From the NCBI GenBank assembly GCA_018433345.1, contig JAHDRK010000007.1:20135-84134 (forward strand): 64,000 bases of DNA, read 5' to 3'. The position numbers and the translations under genes were made by a program. This DNA is from Syntrophobacterales bacterium (GTDB lineage Bacteria > Desulfobacterota > Syntrophia > Syntrophales > UBA2210). Each line of letters opens with the position of its first letter. Positions within the stretch are counted from its first letter, which is position 1. Below the pieces are notes generated by a model. It saw nothing but the letters and a program-made list of their open reading frames with translations. It ran no database searches and had not been told where the DNA came from. This document shows, piece after piece, positions 1 to 8,975 of the stretch.

Positions 1-114
1 GGAATGACCGGCGTTCGCCTTCTCTTGCCCGGGAAGGATTCGCGAATCCCTTTCCTCGTCATTTCGATCTCCGTCACGTTTTGATCCCCTTTTCACAAGG
101 CAGCCGAACCTCGG

Positions 115-837
115 TTACTCGTTTCTCCTATCCCGGAGACCGTTTATCAGATTCGGGAGATCGCTTTCCGCGAAGGCCTTTTCCAGGGCCTGTGACAAGG
201 TATTGCTCAATTCTTCCTCTATCTTGATTTCTGAAAATCGAAGGTGCTGTTTTACGGGTGCCGTATCCACGGTCACCCTGTGCAGTATACTTTTGTTTTT
301 CACGTCAGCGAGGACGAAAGTAAGGTTGACCCTCGAGGAGTACCTTCGGAGAGGCCGGGAACGGTCGCACTCGATGAAGAGTTCGTTGATGGTTCCACCC
401 AGGAGTATTTTGCCCCAGGAGGGGTCGATTGATTCTTCTCGAAGATCCCATGGGGGATGGTCGGGCGCGACGCGGTAGCCCGCATGTGTCAGAAATGCCG
501 AAACTGCTTGTACAACCGCTCGGCAAGGTTCCCTGTGTTGCGGCAGGATCGGGGAAGGGCGACCGTTGGCTTCGACGACCCTTCCTATCACGATGGGGTC
601 GTCGATGGTACGTTCGTCATTAAAAAGGGCGACCGTTACGGTAGGCCCGTCCACTGCCTCCACGGTCGTCGGGCTGTCGCCGGTCGGAATGTAGGCGAGA
701 TCGATATTGTAGACCGTTGTCGAGGCGCACGAGGCGGCAAGAAATACAAGGCTCGCAGAGAGGAACCACAAGGGCAAAACTCCTTTTGTACTTCGGAAAC
801 GCAGCCGGAGGGCTTCACGGCGTTTACTTTTTTCCAT
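115..837 (-). CDS. putative lipoprotein, function unknown
   Basis: 240-aa ORF. N-terminal signal with lipobox LAAS|C. GGAG lies 7 nt upstream of the ATG. Sits 11 nt downstream of the transglycosylase gene on the same strand. Family not recognised with certainty. Confidence 0.6.
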   Translation of the reverse strand: MEKSKRREALRLRFRSTKGVLPLWFLSASLVFLAASCASTTVYNIDLAYIPTGDSPTTVEAVDGPTVTVALFNDERTIDDPIVIGRVVEANGRPSPILPQHREPCRAVVQAVSAFLTHAGYRVAPDHPPWDLREESIDPSWGKILLGGTINELFIECDRSRPLRRYSSRVNLTFVLADVKNKSILHRVTVDTAPVKQHLRFSEIKIEEELSNTLSQALEKAFAESDLPNLINGLRDRRNE

Positions 838-848
838 CCCTGTTCTCC

Positions 849-1451
849 TTAGCGCTGTTGTAGCGCGCGGTAATATCGCAGTACCTCTCTTACGTATGAC
901 TTGGTTTCCCTGAAAGGCGGCACGGAGTTGTGTCGGTCCACGGCGGCCGGGCCGGCGTTATAGGCTGCGAGTGCGAGCGATAGATCGCCGTAACGGTTCA
1001 ACATCTCGTTGAGATAACGAGCGCCTCCCATGATATTTTCCCTCGGGTCGAAGGGATCCCTGATATCCAGGTATGAGAAGTTCTCGGGCATGATCTGCAT
1101 CAGTCCCCTGGCACCCTTCCGCGACACCGCCCTGGGATTGAAATTTGATTCGACCTTCATTACGGCCTTGATAAGTGTGGGATCCAGGCCGTACCGGCCG
1201 GCCGCTTCCTCGATATGTTCATCATAAATCGACGTATCGATAGTTATGGTGGATGCCGGTTCGGGCGGTGTCCGCCATTGTCTTATGAATAGGCGGTACT
1301 CGGGGGTGAGAGGCTGATCGGAGAAATGGCAAACGCCCTTTTCATCCTTGTAAAGATATATGTCGGCGCGAGCCGCAACCGCCCATGCCGAAACCGTAAC
1401 GAAAATCAAGACAACGCCCGCAAAGAGCCTCCGTAATCGCGAAAACCACAT
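849..1451 (-). CDS. lytic murein transglycosylase (SLT domain) with signal peptide
   Basis: Motifs [26 protein letters not shown] and [10 protein letters not shown] are typical of the SLT/GEWL fold. The N-terminus has a signal-like helix and an [15 protein letters not shown] (DUF4124-like) segment. Confidence 0.85.
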   Translation of the reverse strand: MWFSRLRRLFAGVVLIFVTVSAWAVAARADIYLYKDEKGVCHFSDQPLTPEYRLFIRQWRTPPEPASTITIDTSIYDEHIEEAAGRYGLDPTLIKAVMKVESNFNPRAVSRKGARGLMQIMPENFSYLDIRDPFDPRENIMGGARYLNEMLNRYGDLSLALAAYNAGPAAVDRHNSVPPFRETKSYVREVLRYYRALQQR

Positions 1452-1635
1452 GGCATCATTCGCCCTGATCGTGTTTTAAATGTTTTTACAATCCGTAGAT
1501 ATAACACATTTTACCTTCAAACCCAAAAGGAAAGTGAAATGATTGACAGAACCGCCGTTATTCTTTATTTCTCTGAACAACAAAAGCCATGCCGCGAGGA
1601 GATGACTAATTAATCTACAAAGCAAGGAGGCCGGA

Positions 1636-2154
1636 ATGTTTTCCATTGAAAACTGGAGTAAGGAGCGGGTTCACGATGTGATGTTGGAACTGCTGTATAG
1701 TTTTAATTACATGTGGTTCATAGCGGAACAGTGGATAGACAAAAATTGCCCCGAGGCAGCGGCGCGGGAGGGGAGACATTACATGGCCGAGGAATTCGGT
1801 TCTTACGAGGCGAAACGCCTGGCGAAAACAGTGGACGGGAACCTCGAAGGCGTCGACCGGTTGATCCGGTTTCTGGAGCATTCCCACTGGTGTGCCTTCG
1901 AGAACATCGATATAGCGAGGTTGTCCGACAGCTCCATACGCATGACGACTCTGAACTGTTCATCTCAGAAGGCGGCAAGGAAGTGGGGTCTGGAATATTA
2001 CGACTGCGGCGAGATCGCCTTGTGCTTACGGCAGGCCTTTTTCAGGCAGATAGATTCCTCGGCCGAGGTTACATGTCTTTTTGCGCCCCCCGGGGAGCGT
2101 CCGGAAGGATGTCCGCCCGATGCATCCTGCACATGGACGATAACTATCCGGTAG
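1636..2154 (+). CDS. Cys-rich hypothetical protein (possibly ATC-hydrolase/V4R-like small-molecule-binding fold)
   Basis: 172-aa ORF with AAGGAGG 6 nt upstream of the ATG. The Cys pattern NCSS...YDCGEIALC...CLF...C...C resembles the L-2-amino-thiazoline-4-carboxylate hydrolase family from memory. Not verified. Confidence 0.5.
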   Translation: MFSIENWSKERVHDVMLELLYSFNYMWFIAEQWIDKNCPEAAAREGRHYMAEEFGSYEAKRLAKTVDGNLEGVDRLIRFLEHSHWCAFENIDIARLSDSSIRMTTLNCSSQKAARKWGLEYYDCGEIALCLRQAFFRQIDSSAEVTCLFAPPGERPEGCPPDASCTWTITIR

Positions 2155-2206
2155 GGACGATAGGCGAACTTCAAGGGATATTTCAGGCATAGTGGGAGAG
2201 AGCACC

Positions 2207-2965
2207 ATGAGTTGGTGGGGAAAGGCGATTGGTGGAACTGTGGGATTCGTGATGGGTGGTCCACTCGGGGCCGTCCTGGGTGCCTCGATCGGTCACGGGT
2301 ACGATACGTTCCAAGAAGAGGAGGCGTCCGGGAGGCTGGAGGCGAACGAGCGTGTCCAAGCCGTTTTTTTTACCACCACCTTTTCGGTTATGGGTCATCT
2401 TGCAAGGATTGACGGCAGGGTCTCGGAGGAAGAGGCGAAATCGGTCAGAGCCTTGATGAGACGCATGAGGCTTTCGAAGTTACAGCGAAAGACCGCGGCA
2501 AATCTCTTCAACAGAGGCAAGGAAGCCGATTTTCCGCTGGATGCCGTTCTCGACCAGTTCGCGAAGGAATGCCGGGGAAGGCGCAACTTGGTAAGGATGT
2601 TTTTCGAAATGCTTCTAACAACGGCTATGGCGGACGGTGGCCTTCATGAATCGGAGAAACGGGTCTTGTATCGCATCTGTGAGAGAGTCGGTTTTCCGTT
2701 GGCTGAGCTGGAGAGAATGATTGTAATGATGGGGGGGGAATCGAAAGACTCCGGCCTTGAAGATGCGTACCGCCTGCTGGGTCTTTCCGGGAACGCCTCG
2801 GACTCCGAGCTGCGGAAGGCGTACCGCAGACTCATCATGCAGTATCATCCCGATACGCTTGTCTCCAAGGGACTGCCCGAGGAGATGATGCAATTCGCGG
2901 CCGAGAAAACCATGTCCATAAAGGCGGCCTACGAATCCATACGCCGCAGCAGGGATAGGCATTGA
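2207..2965 (+). CDS. djlA: co-chaperone DjlA (TM anchor + TerB-like domain + C-terminal J domain)
   Basis: N-terminal Gly-rich TM segment WWGKAIGGTVGFVMGGPLGAVLGA. C-terminal J domain DAYRLLGLSGNASDSELRKAYRRLIMQYHPD. The ATG at 2207 is preferred over the GTG at 2192 because GGGAGAGAG lies just upstream. Confidence 0.8.
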   Translation: MSWWGKAIGGTVGFVMGGPLGAVLGASIGHGYDTFQEEEASGRLEANERVQAVFFTTTFSVMGHLARIDGRVSEEEAKSVRALMRRMRLSKLQRKTAANLFNRGKEADFPLDAVLDQFAKECRGRRNLVRMFFEMLLTTAMADGGLHESEKRVLYRICERVGFPLAELERMIVMMGGESKDSGLEDAYRLLGLSGNASDSELRKAYRRLIMQYHPDTLVSKGLPEEMMQFAAEKTMSIKAAYESIRRSRDRH

Positions 2966-3017
2966 TCGGTTTGCGTTAATCCTTGCATGGGTGGGACGCG
3001 GGTCAGTTCTTCAGCCT

Positions 3018-3707
3018 TCAATCGTTTTTGATCAGCATGGTTGACGGGTCCAGGTGAAGGCGCTCGTCACCGGGTGGTTTTCCCTTGAGGAGGGCGACGG
3101 CGATGGTCCCTTCGCCGGGGACCAGCTCCAGAATTTTTTCGAAAATTTCGATCGATGGATAGAGCCTCAAGGGAATACCCATTGAATCGCGTTCATCATC
3201 CTCGTCAATGTTGGCCGTAACCCAGACTGAAATGTTGTGGGTTTCTGCCAGATCTTTTATCTCAATTACCGACGCCCCCTCGCTTTCCCCCTGGGACAGA
3301 CCGTCGATGACAACAATCGACGGGTGGAAAATATCCTGTTCCCTCAAGTCGGACAGTCGTTCTTCCAACACGGGGGCACTGAACTTGGCTATTTTGAAGG
3401 TTATGATAAACCTCCATGGAAGGATGGTTTGCCAGATTTCTTCCGCTCCCCCAATGGAGTGATATTCAGCCAGGTTATGAAATAATTCCCTGTACCAAAG
3501 TGTTATTTTGTCGATCGAATCGCCGAGGCTTACATGGAGCACCGGTTTTTTTTGCAACATGGCATCAATTGCCACCTGGACCACGAAGGCCGTTTTCCCG
3601 ACGCCCGCCGGGGAAAGCACCAGTCCAAGGTTTCCTCGTGAAAGCAGGGCACCTTCTTTCTCAAGCCTGCGAAGGGGGCTCGCGGCCGCCAGTTCATTTG
3701 TCGTCAT
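3018..3707 (-). CDS. stand-alone RecA-superfamily P-loop ATPase (KaiC/DnaB-C/RepA-like), function unknown
   Basis: Walker A LSPAGVGKT and Walker B-like SIVVIDGL. The ATG at 3707 has AGGAG 7 nt upstream; the ORF could extend to 3788. Lies directly downstream of fusA on the same strand. Confidence 0.6.
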   Translation of the reverse strand: MTTNELAAASPLRRLEKEGALLSRGNLGLVLSPAGVGKTAFVVQVAIDAMLQKKPVLHVSLGDSIDKITLWYRELFHNLAEYHSIGGAEEIWQTILPWRFIITFKIAKFSAPVLEERLSDLREQDIFHPSIVVIDGLSQGESEGASVIEIKDLAETHNISVWVTANIDEDDERDSMGIPLRLYPSIEIFEKILELVPGEGTIAVALLKGKPPGDERLHLDPSTMLIKND

Positions 3708-3804
3708 GGCGATACTCCTTTTTTTCAGTTGGATTACTCGGCCCGGAATACAGTCGATGCGTTCCGGGTTGCACCAAGTCTGTTCCATCGACCCACGCCC
3801 TCGG

Positions 3805-5892
3805 TTACATCGCCGCCTTTTTCTTTTTCGCGGCTTCCTCCTCGAGGGCTTCAGCCACGGAAGAAGGTACCTGCCTGTACTGGTGAAATTCCATTGTAAA
3901 CTGAGCCTGTCCCTGAGTGGCCGATCGAAGAATCGTTGAAAACCCGAACATCTCGGAAAGGGGTACCTGGGCTTCGATCGTGCACATTATCCCCTCGTCT
4001 TGGGTGCCCACGATCATGCCGCGGCGTTGGTTCAAGAGACCCATGGCGGCGCCCTGGAACTCCGTGGGGGTTTCCACCACGACCTTCATGATCGGTTCGT
4101 GTATGACCGGGCGGGCGCGCAGGTAAGCCTCTTTAAAGGCGCCGCGGGCCGCTGCCTGGAATGCCATGTCAGAGGAATCGACGGCGTGAAATTGGCCGTC
4201 GTTTATGACCACGCGAACGCCGGTGACCGGGAACTCCATTTTCGGCCCCTTTTTCATGGATTCACGAAATCCCTTTTCGCAGGCCGGGATGAACTGGGAT
4301 GGAATAACGCCCCCCTTTATCTCGTTCACGAATTCGAAGTCTCCTTCGGACCACGGTTCGATATAGCCGGCTACGCGGGCGTACTGACCCGCGCCTCCGG
4401 TTTGTTTCTTGTGTGAATAGTTGAAATCGGCCCTCTGCGTGATGGTTTCACGGTAGGCCACTCGAGGCGCGCCGGTGATTACCTCGGCGTTGTATTCCCG
4501 GCGCATCCGCTCCACGTATACCTCGAGGTGCAATTCACCCATTCCTTCGATGATCGTCTCGTTTGTTTCTTCATCCACGTAGGTTTTGAACGTGGGATCT
4601 TCTTTTGCAAAGCGGTTCAGTGCCCTGGACAGCGCCGCCTGTGCCTTGGAATCCTTGGGGGCGATGGAAAGAGAGATGACAGGATTGGGCACATACATGG
4701 AGGTCATGCTTAAATTCAGATCGGGAGAGGTGAAGGTATCACCCGAAGCGCAGTCAACGCCGAAAAGGGCCCCAATATAACCGGCGGGCAGTTTCTCGAT
4801 ATCCTCCATCTGGTCGGCATGCATTCGTACCAGTCGGCCTATTTTTATCTTCTTTCCCGTTCTCGCGTTCATGACGATCGTGCCCTTTGCAAGAGTTCCC
4901 TGGTACACCCTCACATACGTGAGCTGACCGTAGGGGCCGTCTTCCAGTTTGAAGGCCAGCGCCACCACCGGTTTGGCGGGATCACTTTCCAGCAAAACGG
5001 GGGTCTCGCCATTCTTCTGGTCGAGGGCTTCCGTCTGTATATCTTTGGGGCTCGGAAGCAGTTCCGTTATTCCGTCGAGCAGGGGCTGGATCCCCTTGTT
5101 CCTGTAAGCCGATCCCATGAAAACCGGCGTTATTTTGCGCTGGAGCGTGCCCTTTCGAAGGGCGTCCAGCAGAAGCGATTCGTTTATTTCTTCTTCATTG
5201 AGAACGGCCTCGGTCAGTTCATCGGAAAACAGTGATGCCGCGTCAACCAGTTTCTCTCTCCCGGCCATCGCTTCTTTCATGAATTCTTCCGGGATATCGC
5301 CGATTACCACCTCGTCGCCGTTTTCACCCGCGAAACGAATGGCCTTCATGTGAACAAGATCGATGATTCCCTCGTGGTCGTTCTCGAGGCCAAGGGGTAT
5401 CTGCATGGCAACGGCATTATGTCCCAGTTTCGAGCGAAGCTGACCGATCACTCTGAAAGGATTGGCGCCGCTTCGATCCAGCTTGTTAATAAAAGCGATG
5501 CAGGGGACCTTGTAGCGCTTCATCTGTTGGTCCACCGTGATGGACTGTGACTGTACGCCGCCCACGGAACAGAGTACAAGTACCGCTCCGTCAAGGACGC
5601 GCAAGGATCTCTCGACTTCAACGGTGAAATCCACGTGACCGGGGGTGTCGATAATATTGATCTCGTGGTTCTTCCATTCACAGTAAGTGGCAGCGGAAGC
5701 GATAGTGATCCCCCGTTCCCGCTCGAGTTCCATGGAGTCCATGGTGGCGCCCACGCCGTCTTTTCCCTTGACGTCGTGGATTGCGTGAATACGTTTGGTA
5801 TAAAAAAGAATCCGCTCGGTTAGAGTCGTCTTTCCGGAATCGATGTGGGCGCTGATTCCTATATTACGAACTTTTTCAATGTCTTTCGCCAT
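3805..5892 (-). CDS. fusA: elongation factor G, spd/mitochondrial-EF-G1-like type
   Basis: 695 aa. G1 motif AHIDSGKTT, then DTPGHVDF and NKLD. The segment [26 protein letters not shown] matches the mtEFG1/spdEFG1 signature I remember rather than canonical EF-G. Confidence 0.9.
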   Translation of the reverse strand: MAKDIEKVRNIGISAHIDSGKTTLTERILFYTKRIHAIHDVKGKDGVGATMDSMELERERGITIASAATYCEWKNHEINIIDTPGHVDFTVEVERSLRVLDGAVLVLCSVGGVQSQSITVDQQMKRYKVPCIAFINKLDRSGANPFRVIGQLRSKLGHNAVAMQIPLGLENDHEGIIDLVHMKAIRFAGENGDEVVIGDIPEEFMKEAMAGREKLVDAASLFSDELTEAVLNEEEINESLLLDALRKGTLQRKITPVFMGSAYRNKGIQPLLDGITELLPSPKDIQTEALDQKNGETPVLLESDPAKPVVALAFKLEDGPYGQLTYVRVYQGTLAKGTIVMNARTGKKIKIGRLVRMHADQMEDIEKLPAGYIGALFGVDCASGDTFTSPDLNLSMTSMYVPNPVISLSIAPKDSKAQAALSRALNRFAKEDPTFKTYVDEETNETIIEGMGELHLEVYVERMRREYNAEVITGAPRVAYRETITQRADFNYSHKKQTGGAGQYARVAGYIEPWSEGDFEFVNEIKGGVIPSQFIPACEKGFRESMKKGPKMEFPVTGVRVVINDGQFHAVDSSDMAFQAAARGAFKEAYLRARPVIHEPIMKVVVETPTEFQGAAMGLLNQRRGMIVGTQDEGIMCTIEAQVPLSEMFGFSTILRSATQGQAQFTMEFHQYRQVPSSVAEALEEEAAKKKKAAM

Positions 5893-6113
5893 CTTTACTC
5901 GTCCTCTATCGCAATTCGGTTATTGTGCGATTTTCTCTTTTTTCTTATCATCTCAGCATCCACCGGTCGGGTATGTACGGGCGGAATCAGCCTATCCGAA
6001 TGAACCGGCAGAGAAGATCCAGGCTGAGCCTAACGCCGCCCCAACGCTATATCAACCCGCTTTTCCACGGGATTCTCCAGCCGGGATGCTGGCAGGAATG
6101 AAAAGAACCTTTA

Positions 6114-6142
6114 TTACTATGATTGATTAAGATAAAAGTCAA
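6114..6142 (-). promoter_or_regulatory. candidate sigma70 promoter for fusA (-35 TTGACT, 17-nt spacer, -10 TAGTAA)
   Basis: The minus strand reads TTGACT-N17-TAGTAA and is preceded by a T-run (UP-like). This implies a leader of about 215 nt. Confidence 0.35.
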
Positions 6143-6155
6143 CAAAAAAAACCAA

Positions 6156-6297
6156 GATAGGGGTCAAATCTTTAAACTTGACATTTGGGGAAAAGATATG
6201 GGTTGGAGGTAAAAGGTTAAGGGTAAAGGTAAGGGGCGGGGTGCACGGCTTTGCCGCAGGCAAGGGGGTTATAGGCTGTGGGCTGTGGGCTATGGGC
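6156..6297 (+). repeat. G-rich intergenic repeat, copy A
   Basis: The core GGGTCAAATCTTTAAACTTGACATTTGGGG matches 55123..55151 with one mismatch. It is followed by alignable GGGTAAA(A)GGT, GCGGC..GCCGCAGG and heptamer GGCTGTG/GGCTATG tracts. Confidence 0.6.
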
Positions 6298-6513
6298 GCG
6301 ATATGTTTTGTTTAACATCTCTTTTTGGCCGACATAGATTTTTGTGCCTATGCCGCCGGCACAGTCCTTGACATAAGGGGTATAAACGCTTGAATGCGGC
6401 GAGACTGAATGGTATACAAATAAATTACAAAATGTTACATAAATGAGCTACGAAGAATAAGTTCGAGATCGTGGCCGGCGGCTCAGGTCGATGTATATTT
6501 TACAACGAGAGGT

Positions 6514-7125
6514 GTGTTATTGCTGATTACCATTAACAATCAGAATCCCCAGATTCGTCTTATCAGGAAAGTCGCGGACATCCTCGACAAGGGGGGAGTT
6601 ATCATTTATCCCACGGATACCGTTTATGGACTGGGATGTGACCTTTTCAACAAAAAGGCCATTGAAAAGATATATAACATAAAGAAGAGAAACAGAAACC
6701 AACCCTTCAGTTTCGTGTGCGCCGATCTTAGCGACATAAGCAATTATGCCGCCGTTCCCAATTACGCCTACAAGATTATGAGACACCTCCTTCCAGGCCC
6801 ATACACGTTCATTCTTCCGGCCTCGCGGATGGTTCCCAAAATACTGCTGCCGAAACGAAAGGAAGTGGGCATAAGGGTTCCCGATAACCAGATATGCCTC
6901 ACGTTGGTAAGGGAGTTCGGCCGTCCCATTATCAGCACCAGTGTGAAGAACGCCAGCGGTGAGATTATGATCGATCCGGAAGAAATGGAAGAGATCTACG
7001 GGCATGTGGTGGATTGCGTCATCGACGGCGGCATTGTCGGGGACGAACTTTCCAGCGTGGTGAGCCTGGTCGAGGAAACGCCGAGGGTTATCAGGGCGGC
7101 AAAAGGGGATGTCTCGGTTTTCTGA
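6514..7125 (+). CDS. tsaC: L-threonylcarbamoyladenylate synthase (YrdC/TsaC type)
   Basis: 203 aa. The segment GGVIIYPTDTVYGLGCD and overall YrdC-like layout. TTG start. Confidence 0.85.
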   Translation: MLLLITINNQNPQIRLIRKVADILDKGGVIIYPTDTVYGLGCDLFNKKAIEKIYNIKKRNRNQPFSFVCADLSDISNYAAVPNYAYKIMRHLLPGPYTFILPASRMVPKILLPKRKEVGIRVPDNQICLTLVREFGRPIISTSVKNASGEIMIDPEEMEEIYGHVVDCVIDGGIVGDELSSVVSLVEETPRVIRAAKGDVSVF

Positions 7126-7151
7126 AGGAATTGAAAGGAATAACGTATCAT

Positions 7152-8921
7152 ATGTCCAAGCAGATGCTTATAAACACGATAGACGAAGAAGAAAGCCGCA
7201 TGGCTATAGTAGAAAACGGCAAACTGGTGGAATTCAACATCAAGACGGCCGTGCGGGAACCCATAACGGGGAATATTTACAAGGGAATTGTACGCAATAT
7301 TCAAAAGGGACTACACGCAGCCTTTGTAGATTACGGCGCCCGGAAAAACGGTTTCCTGCCCCTGCGCGATGTAAGTTCGGAGTATATGAACGATGGCAAG
7401 GGGCTACAACCCGGCACGGAACTTTTCGTGCAGGTTGTTCGCGAGGAAAAGGGAGACAAGGGCGCGATGCTGACCACCTATATTTCACTTCCGGGTAGAT
7501 ATACGGTCCTGATGCCGAATCGCGAGAGCAGAGGCGTTTCGCGCCGGATCGAGGGGGAGTCTGTCCGTAAAAAGCTGAAACAGGTAATGGATGAAATCAG
7601 CGAAAAAGAAGGGATGGGTTTTATAGTTCGAACCGCCGGTATAAACCGTACGAAACAGGAACTACTCCGAGATTTCCAGATGATGGTCCGACTCTGGAAT
7701 GAAATAAAGAAAAAGGCGGAGGGGATGAGCGCCCCGGTGCTGGTTTACAAGGAGAGTGATTTCGCCATACGTGTCCTTCGGGATTATTTCACATCGGACA
7801 TAGATGAAATCCTCGTCGATGACGTGGAAACCTTCAAGATGATGAAAGATTATTGCAGGGCCGTGTCGCCCCGGAGTGTGAAATCGGTGAGGTTGTACAA
7901 GGAAGAAACGCCGATTTTCGATAAGTACAATCTCGAAGAACAGATAGATGCCATCTACCGGGAAAGGGTGGAGTTGAAATCAGGCGGTTCGATAGTAATC
8001 GAGCCGACGGAGGCGCTTATCACCATCGATGTAAATTCCGGGCGGCTTCACAAGCGTGACGCGGAGGAAACGTCCTTTCGGACGAACCTGGAGGCGGCCG
8101 AGGAAATCGCCAGGCAACTCAGACTTCGTGACCTCGGAGGACTCATCGTTATTGATTTCATCGACATGAATGACAGAAAACACATAAGCGAGGTAGAGCG
8201 AACGTTCAAAGAGGCTCTCAAAAACGACCGCTCCCGAATTCAGCTTGCACGTATATCGAAATTCGGCATACTCGAACTATCCAGGCAGAAAAAACAATCC
8301 ACTATCCAGGAGATCAGCTATACCACTTGCGAGCACTGCAAGGGCAGCGGTTGGGTTCCATCGGTGGAGTACCTGGCCCTCAACAGCTTCCGCAGAATAA
8401 AGCGTGAAGCCGTGGGTGGAGGTGTATCGGAAATCGAAATCACCCTTCCCGCCGACGTGGCGTCCTATCTTCTGAATCAAAAGAGGAGCGAAATAAGCAG
8501 GCTGGAACTGACATACGGTGTGTCGGTATACATCAAGGGAAGCGGCCAGATGGCGCGGACCGTGGGAGAATTCAACATTGTGAAGCGGGAACTTCATTCC
8601 GGTGATCCTTCGGTTGTAAACGGTGAGGCATCGACGGAAAAGGGTAAAAACGGGTCGGATGAGCAAAAGGAAAAGCCTTCGGAAAATCGATCCCCAAGAT
8701 CCAGGCATCGTCCGCGGCGCCGTCGGCCTAAGTGTGAAGATTCCACCGCCGCAGCCGAAAGTGTCGCGCGGATAAAGGAACCTCCCCAATCAGCCTTGGA
8801 GAACGGTGACGATATACCTGTTATTCCCGAGGAACAGGTACTGGGATCCACCGATCAGGATGAAGAGGGCCATGAAAAAATGGGGATAGTGAAAAGGTTT
8901 TACAACTTGTTGAAAATATGA
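7152..8921 (+). CDS. rng: ribonuclease E/G family endoribonuclease with charged C-terminal tail
   Basis: Starts MSKQMLINTIDEEESRMAIVENGKLVEF (S1 domain). Catalytic-core motifs ITIDVNSG and GGLIVIDFIDM, plus zinc-link CEHCKGSG. The internal ATG at 7152 was chosen; the ORF track's start at 7014 overlaps tsaC. Confidence 0.85.
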   Translation: MSKQMLINTIDEEESRMAIVENGKLVEFNIKTAVREPITGNIYKGIVRNIQKGLHAAFVDYGARKNGFLPLRDVSSEYMNDGKGLQPGTELFVQVVREEKGDKGAMLTTYISLPGRYTVLMPNRESRGVSRRIEGESVRKKLKQVMDEISEKEGMGFIVRTAGINRTKQELLRDFQMMVRLWNEIKKKAEGMSAPVLVYKESDFAIRVLRDYFTSDIDEILVDDVETFKMMKDYCRAVSPRSVKSVRLYKEETPIFDKYNLEEQIDAIYRERVELKSGGSIVIEPTEALITIDVNSGRLHKRDAEETSFRTNLEAAEEIARQLRLRDLGGLIVIDFIDMNDRKHISEVERTFKEALKNDRSRIQLARISKFGILELSRQKKQSTIQEISYTTCEHCKGSGWVPSVEYLALNSFRRIKREAVGGGVSEIEITLPADVASYLLNQKRSEISRLELTYGVSVYIKGSGQMARTVGEFNIVKRELHSGDPSVVNGEASTEKGKNGSDEQKEKPSENRSPRSRHRPRRRRPKCEDSTAAAESVARIKEPPQSALENGDDIPVIPEEQVLGSTDQDEEGHEKMGIVKRFYNLLKI

Positions 8922-8927
8922 GGACAA

Positions 8928-8947
8928 GGGGAAGTACGCGGTTCCCC
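8928..8947. terminator. weak hairpin between convergent rng and proC
   Basis: GGGGAA-N8-TTCCCC. No clear U-run on either strand. Confidence 0.3.
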
Positions 8948-8975
8948 GCCCACCCTCTTGCCGAACCATTCTCTG

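Noticed and set aside
1-62. A possible start of a minus-strand gene running off the left edge (GGAG-N6-ATG at 62, translating MTRKGIRESFPGKRRRTPVIP).
   Set aside because: Only 20 codons are visible, which is not enough to support a call.
6230-6300. The heptamer G-rich tandem repeats as a CRISPR-like or minisatellite array.
   Set aside because: There are only three 7-nt units, with no spacer/repeat architecture. Reported as part of the intergenic repeat instead.
7014-7151. The 46-codon N-terminal extension of the RNase E/G ORF. The same applies to the extensions at 19107..19181 (pcm), 10862..10957 (murJ), 39555..39797 (dxr) and 33794..33880 (argJ).
   Set aside because: These extensions overlap upstream genes or are Gly/Arg-rich. 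The internal ATGs match family N-termini and have better RBS contexts.
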